DNA of 57,163 bases, counting the filler, from Sphacelaria rigidula (Eukaryota), in the NCBI GenBank assembly GCA_964200075.2. It is 8 parts of 8 records of this genome, joined end to end, with 100 filler letters (N's around TTAATTAATTAA, not from the genome) between each part and the next. Parts side by side here need not be neighbours in the genome. Positions count along the whole stretch, not along the records: positions 42,949 to 50,006 come from CAXNAA020016717.1; positions 50,107 to 57,163 come from CAXNAA020016718.1; 6 more parts are not named here. One strand, written 5' to 3'. The notes under the pieces are model-generated. The model saw only the letters and a program-made list of their open reading frames with translations. It was not told where the DNA came from and made no database searches. A program made the translations under genes and the position numbers. Below, one piece after another: positions 48,201 through 57,163 of this stretch (its first letter is position 1; every line of letters begins with the position of its first letter).

Positions 48201-50006
48201 AGTTTATCTCCCACAGCAAGTCCGTACGAAAGTTGAAAAAACCATGTCATACACTGCGTGTGTACTTCGAAGTATATATAGTACTTTTCCCTCGAATCCT
48301 GGCAGGCTTAACCGCGGAGATGACGAAGGTGCGCTATCGGATTTCGACATGGCAGTATCTTCATCGGGCAGGAGCAAGAGCAAATACTTCGTGCAACGCG
48401 CCCGCGCTCGAGCTCGTGTGGCCATGCGGTCGGCAGGCCGCGAAGAAGCTCTCGCAGGAGTGCAGGTACGAAAAAGTAGGGCGTCATGATCATCATCGCG
48501 GGGGGCTTCAGTTCTTCTGAGTTTGAGACCCGTAAACCCGAGGATCGATTCTTAATTTTTTGGGAAATATCTTGGAGTTAGAACTATTTTCAAAAGTAAA
48601 CCAAACGAATGAAGCACATTAAATGATTCCTCTCGCATAGTTTGCCGGGGGAGGGGGGGGGGGAGGGGGGCGCACGGATGTTTCACATGGGGTTGGATCC
48701 AAACCCTGCTCCCCCCGTTTATCGTTGTACCGTCATCCTCGAAAATTCAGCGTAGATACAAAGACTCGTATTATACGGTTCACACCTAGAGCTACAGTGA
48801 CAGCATTGCTAGGGGACCGGCGACGTGAATCGAACTTTTACTTTTACGGAAGCTTTTGGGTTAACTACTGTGCGTCATCACCTGTAGCTTGAGTCTTCTG
48901 TGTCGTGCTTCAACACAGTGCTCCCCAAGTCCATGTCATGTTCTAACACGGTACAACTTCCTGTACGCTTTCGCTTCTCAAGCATACCTTATGATTAATG
49001 TTGAATTGGAGAACACTCTTGCAATGGACAGCACTAATCGTCTCATGTTGATGCGGCGACATGGTTGTTGCAGTACGGTAGAGCAGAGCGATTATTATCT
49101 ACCTTGTCTTCACGCCGTCCACTGGAGCACCCCCCCCCGTTATTCCCTTCCTCGGGACGAGTCCTTGGTCCAAAGAGATGAACCTCTGTCTCCTCCTCGG
49201 TACGTAGCTGCCTCGAATTCTGATATCGAGCATTGTGACATCAAGTTCGGTGTGCCGTATTCGAAAGATTGGTGTCAAAATGCTGGTCAGAATTCTCGGT
49301 GTGGTAGCCGCGCTCCGGCGGTCTAACTGAAAATGGCATCCTGGCCATCAACTGCGGCTGAAGGTTGCGGGGGCTTGAATCGCGATGGTGATGATCTTCC
49401 CCCAGCACCATTTGATTTTCAATGCTGTACGTGTGAAGATGTCAGTAGCGAAAACGAGGGGTGAGAGTTGACGGGGTGTAGTAGTGCTGACTGATATAAT
49501 TCTCGATGGCAAAATTCCAGGCAGGTACCGGGGGAGAGAGAACGGTTGGTCTCTTGAACGTAAGGACGCGCCCTGAAGAACGGGATGGCGTTAGATGTGC
49601 GGAAGAAAACAGAAAAGGGGGGGATCTTTGTGAGTTTCTCGAACTTTGTCGCGTTCGGGAGCCGTTTGTCGTTGGAATCGCGGTATCGAAGGAGTATTTA
49701 GAAGAAGCTATGTACAGAGCCAGCACACACAACGGAGGTATCGAGGCGATCACTTGTACTCTGTGGGGAATACACAGCACGTCACTACCTGAAATCAGCG
49801 TTATACCCTGTCTTTTGGTATTTTTCGTTATACTTTCGTCCCCCTGCTCCGTCTCGAAAGGGATGTGTGGTCAATGGTCAAACGACTAAGGCAAGCAACA
49901 AATGAGTACACCCCCCCCCCTCACCCCCCCTTGGAAGTGGCGATACCACAAAATAAAGCAACTCATTGTAAGCTGTCATCCAAATGCAACATAATCAGTA
50001 GGCTTC

Positions 50007-50106
50007 NNNNNNNNNNNNNNNNNNNNNNNNNNNNNNNNNNNNNNNNNNNNTTAATTAATTAANNNNNNNNNNNNNNNNNNNNNNNNNNNNNNNNNNNNNN
50101 NNNNNN
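50007..50106. other. Artificial contig linker
   Basis: Same cassette. Confidence 0.98.
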
Positions 50107-52046
50107 TGCTGCAGTACAGTGAAACAAGACATGTTTCATGTTTTAGTTCTTCGGCTGATCATAAACGGGCCCTCAGTCTGTGCAGGGTGCCGATCTTGAA
50201 CGCTCGGACATGATCGCGCTTTGCGCAAATGATTTAATTTTGTACAAAATTATCACCATGTATGGGTGCTGTGCCCGATTTTATCCCCCACCCCTCATTT
50301 TTCTCGTTCCGTTACACAACATGTGCGTCCTGTGTGTACGTAGTAGGTTGGTCTGTTTGGGCCCTGATCCGTAGTGATGTCTTCATAGCGCCCGGGGCAG
50401 TTGTTCTTTCCCACAAGCGTCTTCGCTGCCGGACAACCATTGTGATATCCCAAAGAAGAGAACTTCAAAATTGATACGAGTATTTTGGCTGGAATTATGG
50501 TTAAAAAAATTAACTCGTGATTTACTGCGTAACATATCCTGCCAATCCATACAAACAGGGCATGCGAGCAGCTGTCGTTCAAGGACAAGATTATGCGCCT
50601 TGGCTTACAAAAGGATGATTTTTGCTGCCCGTAGTTTCGTCTCTGCTGTAGCCTTTTCATATGCGTCAAGGATGTATGGCGCTCAACCTTGATACACTGG
50701 TGTGCTTGTATCTTATTTGTAAACAGCAAGTTGAGTTGTCTCATGAGGTGCTGCGTGAATGGAGGGACACATGAACTCTGAACCGCGTGTTCGAGCGTAT
50801 GGAGAATGCGACTGAAACGTTCACTGAAAACGCCATAAGGCCGTGTCTTATCGAGATCAAGGAAAAAAAAAGTGAAGAGGAACAAGCATCCAAGAGCATG
50901 TTGATCGATCGCCGATCTGATAGCCGACGGTTGGCTATCAATTAATGAAGCTTTTGCTTTTTATGCGCGCGTACAATTTCGTATAAAACGGGGTTTTGCG
51001 CATGAGCATACTGTATGTGTTTTTTTAAAAACATATGTTTTCGGAGATTTTAGCATAACAACGGCATAAAAGCTCAGTTTTACGCATATCTTGGCGCATA
51101 CAGTACTCCAACGGGATTATGCACCCCATGTCCAGCAGCTATTAGCTGCCCACGGGTGCTCCGTGTGGCGTGATTCGTGGAGTCGTGGCGTTTGTGTTCC
51201 TCATTTCTTTTTTTGAACTTTGTTGCGGGTCTGATATCAGTTTTAGTGCTATATGTGAACTACTTTATGTTCATATGAAACTGATGAAAAACAAAAAATG
51301 AAATCTCGAAATGTTTAACGTGCCGTCTTATTTTCTTGCTGAAACGTACGTTCCATGGCCAGGAACCCCAGGATCCCGCTAGGAACCGCCTCAAGAAGGA
51401 CGCGAAAAAAGCGCATAAGTCGCGCATATTTCACCAAAATACGCATAAATCGGCGCATAGTGTTCACTTTTTTACGTGGAAACAATGGGAAAACGCGCAT
51501 TAAAAAAAATGCACATGATGAGCAAAAGCCTACATTGATTGCGCTTGTGGACGCTTGTTCCTTTTCCCGGTCCTTTTCTTGTCTCTTTAAGACGCGCTTT
51601 AACAGCTACGCCGGTTTCGCGTCAAATGGCCCTTGCTGGCGAATCCAAGCTCTCTGGGCCTCGTACTACACTACACCGTCGGTGCATATTTTTGTCGTAT
51701 GTTACCCTTGAGGCAGATGTCATTCCATTTTTGCGCTTACTCGGGAGTTCAACTCCTGTTCACCAGCCTTTTTTCTGGTTTGAAAGCAAGCACAACAGGG
51801 TACAGGCAGTGTTGGACGCGGGCTGTGTGCTAAAGCAAGGTCAAGCACCCTTTGACGTCTTCGTATTTGCGAAGTTGTCTAACTTCTGGCGCGACGTTTC
51901 ATTTGTGGCATGTCTTCCCCCAAAACTTTTGCAATAGTTTGCTCGTAGTCTGTACATGACATTCACATATTTTTTGGCCCAGGAGGATTCCATGGAGGAG
52001 GAGATTTCAGCGTTTGATCTGAGCACAGTTCGTACTAAGTTGTTAA

Positions 52047-52144
52047 CTCTTTGATCGCTAGGGTAGGTCATTTTTTGAGTGAATATCTAGTTCACTTGAA
52101 GCATAATTGTATGGCCTAGACGACCTACCCTAGCGATCAAAGGG
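52047..52144. mobile_element. Small piggyBac-like MITE
   Basis: 22/23-bp TIR c(t/c)ctttgatcgctagggtaggtc; left flank TTAA, right flank GTAG (degenerate). Confidence 0.6.
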
Positions 52145-53017
52145 GTAGCTGAGATTCTGACTTATTTTTGTCGGCACGCCATGGAACTCCAACCAAGGTG
52201 TTCAGTTGACAAGGCATATGTAAGCCCGCGATATCTTTTGCAGTAGGAAGCTGAAGATTCCAAGGCAACATGCGTTGCCTGACGGTAACGAGGCAGGAAA
52301 TGTGGCAGGAAGAGACCGGCAGTCTCTCGCTATATCACGGAGCTGGTCGCGCAGGCGGGATGATGAACATAAAAGCAGCAAGAAACTCCGCCATCACCCT
52401 TCCCACGCCACTTGATCTGGCTCCAGAGTTTCGAGTATACTTTGGCCCTCACATGTGTAGTACATTTCAATAGACCATACTGACTACGTGCTGTAGTTAG
52501 CTCGAAAAAATGGAGGTCATGTGTGCAGCGGATGGCTGGAAAAATCGCGATACCCATCATCTAAGAAGTTACGTAGACGTTTGGAAGTGTAGGTGAAAAA
52601 AAAGTACCTGGCCGGTGCAACACTGTGTCAACGTTTCCCTCTCTTTTGACCGCTGAGTTTCCCTCTCTTTTGACCGCTGGAGCGTGATGCACGTTATGCT
52701 CACGGAGCCATGTACGCGCTACGCCTTGTTGCATCGACAGTCACCAAATGGGAACATTCACACCTTGCCCGTGCAGTGCCGTTTCACATCACTCATGCCT
52801 GTCGCACTTCATTATCGTGAGAGTGTCTACATGAAATGCCATCGCATATATTGAGCGTAGAAGAAATAGCCCAATCAGTTTGCGTGGCTTTTGTATTCAC
52901 GTACACTACACGCTGCGATGGAGCCATAGCCGAGCGATAATACATTAATCGATCTATAACGTTCATACATTCGCACTTTCTTGACCTAAATTCCACGTGT
53001 CGGGTGACTTGACACAG

Positions 53018-56000
53018 GACGAAGACCTGAGAGAGAAGTGGACAGACAAGCTAGACGACTTTCTGCCAGACGACAGCGCCGACTTCGCCAACGCACTCTT
53101 GCAAGCAGTGCGCAGTGGCAACTTCGGCCAAAGCTGGGCCGGTGGGGGCGGCGGGGGCGGCGATTTCGACGACAGTGCTGCTGGTGCCGACGAGCCAGAT
53201 GACGGCGGCACTTTGGCCGGAGATGACAACCAGGCAGACTCAGAGCCTCAAGCCGACCCGCAAGAAGATGCCTTCGAAGAAACGGTGGATGCGGATGATT
53301 GGGACGACCGTGGAGGCAGGGAAGGGTTCGACGACGACGACGACGACGACGATGATGAAGATGACGACGAACCGAGGAGTAGGCGAGGCCGCCGGCGGAG
53401 AAGGGACGACGACGAACCGGCGCAGCTTGAGGCTTCTTCCAATAGCAATAACAACACCGGCGGCAGTGGTGGCGGCGGAAGCATCGGTGGTGGCGACCCC
53501 GGCGGTCCTGGCGGAAACAAGCGAGCACGGACGCAGCATGGGCCGAACGACGGCAACGACAGGAACAGGAGCGGCAAAGGTGGTCGCGGCGGCGGGCAGC
53601 AAAACGGACCAGGGCAGGGAAAGAAGGCAGGGCGCGGAGGTAACGGCATGGGGACACTGGCAACAGGCAAAAATCAAGGAGGAGGCCCTGGGGGAGCGGG
53701 GCAGTTTGGCGGAATCGGGCCCGGAGGCAACCTTCCGAGTGGGTTTGGACCGCCGGTTCGGCCAGGCCCTCCAGGCATGATGAATTTTGGGGGCAATATG
53801 CCCCTTGGACCCAATGGACCGATGGGCCCTAATATGCAAATTGGACCCAACGGACCGATGGGGCGCAGTGGACCAATAGGGTCTAGTGGACCGATGGGAC
53901 CAGGCGGACCGATGGGACCAGGTGGACCGATGCGCGCAGGCGGCCCCATGGGTTCTCGCGCTGCTATGGGACCCGGTGGACAACTGATACCTCGAGTACC
54001 AATGCTACAAGGTGGGTCAATGCCGCAAAGTGGGCCAATGCCACGAGGTGGACCAATGCCACGAGGTGGACCAATGCCACAGGGTGGACCAATGCCACAG
54101 GGTGGACCAATGCCACAGGGTGGACCAATGCCAAGAGGTGGGCCAATGCCAAGAGGTGAACCAATGCCAAGAGGTGGACCAATGCCACAAGGTGGACCAA
54201 TGCCACAAGGTGGGCCAACGCCACAAGGGGGTCCAGTTGGCCCGAGCGGATCGATTGGCGCACGCCTTGGCATGCCTGGAGGGCTAATGCCGGGAGGGAG
54301 AGGGAGTGTGCACGGAACTACCCAACCATTGAGCGGGCCCCGTGGAGGTGGCGGCTTACTGCCCACTCCTACTGGAAATACACTTGCAGGGAACACTCTC
54401 GCAGGGCGGGGTCAACAAGGCGGCCCCCGTGGCCCCGCGTTGTTGCCAGGGCCTCCTCCAGGTATGGGCGCCGCTGGCGGTATACCGCCGGGAAATGGCA
54501 AAGGTCAGCATGTGCCTCCCGGGGGGAATGCTGGCCCGCAGGGACCCGTCGTGCGTGGACAGGTCGGACCGAACGTTGGGCCTGGTGGTAGCAGGATCTC
54601 GCCAACTAGGGCTGCTGACACTGCTGCGGGAAGAGGAAGTCCGCCGATGATGATCGGCGGCCGAGGTCCTGGAGGAGATCATCCTCCTCAAGGACGTCCC
54701 GTTATGGGACCTACTCCAGGCCCAGAAGCGTTTGGTGGACCGGGTGGAACAATCCGACCCACTGGTGTACCAGGAGATGGATCGGGTACACTTCGACCTG
54801 GACAGCCCGACAATCGCCCGGACTTGCCGCACCGGGGAGAACCGAAAGGCGGCGGACCGCAAAGACCGCAAGGCGTGCGGCGTGATCGTGACGGCATGAT
54901 TATCGACGGACCCGCTGTGCGGGCGGGCCAAGGACCCGGACATGAGCCTGTCCAAGGCGGGAAACTTGAGGGGAGGCTTGGCATGCGGCCGGATCATGTG
55001 CGAGGCCAATGGGAAGGTCAAATTCAACGCCCTGGTAACCAAGGGGCGGAAGGGCAGGGAGTGGGCCCGAACTTTGGCGGCAGATCCGGTCTGCGGCAAG
55101 AGCAGGGACGCCCGGAAGACACAGGCAGACCGGGATTACATATCGGACAGAACGTGCATCAGGGGCAGAGGGAGCGTGAAGGTCCGGGTGGGCGGCAAGG
55201 ACCGCTAGACGTACGCAACCCTAACAACACCAACAGCACTCAACACAAGAACGGGAGGAGTGTGTTCGACAGGTTGGGCGCACCGCCAGGCCAAGAAACA
55301 GGAAGCAAGTTTCTCGGCGGCCGAAACACACTAGACCCGGGAGTGTTGACGCAGCAAAGCCGACCCGCAACAGGTCGTTCTCCTACCCGGATGCATCAGC
55401 AGGGGCCCGACGCACGCCAGGGACCTTCTGTCGCTATGAGACTCGGACCCGACGTACGCCCGCCTGACGCCATGAAGCAGGAAACACAACGGCGTGGCCA
55501 AGATCCCCGCCAATCCTCACAACAACACCCGCACGACTTCCGGCGTGACGGGGCCAATATGGCCAACATTGGGGATGGTCCGGTCACACGCCGTCCACAA
55601 AACTCCGGGCAGAACCCAGAGATGTGGCCGGGTCATGAGCAAGCAAGAACCCGACCGGGGCAAGGGCCGGCGCGACCGGACCAACAAGTGACCCGAATTG
55701 GGAATACATTCAACCAAGGTGATCCAGGGCATGAGGGGATGCAAAACGAGCGCCAGCAGTTTCGAGGGGGAGATCTACAACGCGGGGGGCAGGACCTGCG
55801 GGACGGCCCATCTCGGGAATTTTCTCCAAACGGCCGTGGGCAGCAAGGACCGCCCCAGGGCGAAGATCCACGGCAAGGCGGGGTGGGCCCCGGTATGCAT
55901 CACCAGCGGCACGGTGGCGTGCAGCAGCAACAAAATCGCCGGCAGCCACACCAACAAGACGCCATGGGTGGGCCCCCTCGCAACCCGCATCAAAACCTGG

Positions 56001-56749
56001 CGGGACCAAGGAGTGGCTCGCTGCAATCCGGCCAGTCTCGCGTCCACGGCCCGGAGACAGCGTCGAGGCCGGGCATGAACGTCGCTAGTCAAGCTCGATC
56101 TCAAGGCCCTCCGCAGACTAACGCTAGCTCACGTCAGCAGAGCGGGGGGTTCCCTGGTGGACGCGATGGCGGCGCCCTCGCCTGGGGCGGTATGGCCGTC
56201 GTCAAAAGTCAAGAAAATCGGCCCGGCAGCGGGAACAGAAACGGTCCAGGGAACTTTAGGAACGATCCCAACGGACAAGGAACAACTGGGCTTCCGAGAG
56301 GACATCAAGGCGGAACTCAGGATAGGTTTCTGTCCTCCCGCGGGGAAGTGGGTCGACCGGCCATGCGTGGGCACGGTGGTGATGTGCGACAAGGGCCGCA
56401 CGGCGAGGTCAATAGTACAAATAGAGGTGCAATGGGTGGGAGAGGTTCGGGACAGGAACCACCGCAGCTACACCAGCTACAGCAACAGCGGCAGCATGGA
56501 AAGGAGGGCGGTGTTGAGATCGCGGGCGTGGGCGAGGCGGGGAAGTTGCACCCGACCGACCGAGTAACGGTGAGAGTGCGCAACATCCCGAAGGAGGTGG
56601 GCCCCGTGGAGCTGTCCCAGCATTTCGTCGAGTTCGGTAAGATTGTGGATCTCAGGTTGAGGGTGGTGACGCAGGACGAAGGCGGCAAGGGCGAGAAGGA
56701 GGCGATGGTGCAATTTGCGAGTGCTCGTCAAGCCAAGGCGTGCGTTTCG
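53018..56749 (+). CDS. Single 3732-nt internal exon of an RBM26/RBM27-like RNA-binding protein (PWI C-half, Gly/Pro/Gln-rich region, RRM)
   Basis: Acceptor ACACAG at 53017, donor TCG|GTTAGT at 56750; 1244 open codons; LREKWTDKLDDFLPDDSADFANALLQAV is PWI-like; VTVRVRNIPKE...LSQHFVEFGKIVDL...EAMVQFASARQAKACVS resembles the RBM26-type RRM. Confidence 0.8.
54011..54226 (+). repeat. Coding 18-bp minisatellite, 12 x GGPMP(Q/R)
   Basis: ggtggaccaatgccacrr-like units in frame within the large exon. Confidence 0.95.
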
Positions 56750-57163
56750 GTTAGTTGCCAGGGAGTGTACTCATGATCATGCATGCCACAGTTGGTTGCC
56801 AGGGGGTGGAACTGCACCTTGTCTGATGTTTTGGATGAATTATATATTCCCCGAACCCCCAACACATATTGGTTTTCGACATACCGTACTCTATCTCGTG
56901 TGCATTTCTCTGTGTGTATCCGTGCGTTTCACATTTTTTGCCCTAATGAATCAGCTATCTTGACCATCCGCCGCTGCTCACTCTACTCCCTGTGTCGAAG
57001 ACTTGTCTGAACATGAGCATTTTTTTATTCCCTTCGCATCGCATGTACAAGTGGAAAATTCATCCGCGCCTCTCCTCGGGCGTCCCACCTTTTACAATGC
57101 CAAACTCCTCACCCCCCCCTGCCGGATCCCTCCGCCGGCTCTCCACCTTCGCCCCCTTATCGC

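Noticed and set aside
52963..56731. Many long overlapping ORFs (minus strand and alternative plus frames)
   Set aside because: Shadow ORFs of a GC-rich repetitive coding exon
21911..56749. RNA-metabolism gene cluster (ELP3, LSM8, RBM26-like)
   Set aside because: The genes lie on different contigs joined artificially

Overview
This is eukaryotic DNA at roughly 50% GC, with GT-AG introns and dense repeats; gene structure and repeat style suggest a brown alga (Phaeophyceae), which is inference only. The window is not one locus. It is eight unrelated contigs (seven of 7058 bp, one of 7057 bp) joined by an artificial N44-TTAATTAATTAA-N44 linker, so synteny across linkers carries no information. 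Genes read from splice sites and protein motifs: a complete 5-exon LSM8 gene (-), six exons of a non-canonical (CX3CX2C) ELP3-like radical SAM gene (-), two exons of an MFS transporter (+), one 3.7-kb exon of an RBM26/27-like PWI + low-complexity + RRM protein (+), and one exon of a conserved-looking hypothetical protein (+). The rest is transposon-derived: a non-autonomous LTR element with PBS, Gag knuckle and antisense ORF; Ty3/Gypsy and RTE-LINE relics; hAT-like, piggyBac-like and foldback MITEs; and tandem duplications. I found no CRISPR array, rRNA, tRNA gene or convincing novel multi-gene system. The best leads are the ELP3-like gene, the giant low-complexity exon, a TIR element built from 41-bp palindromic repeats, and two unassigned transposon-like coding relics.
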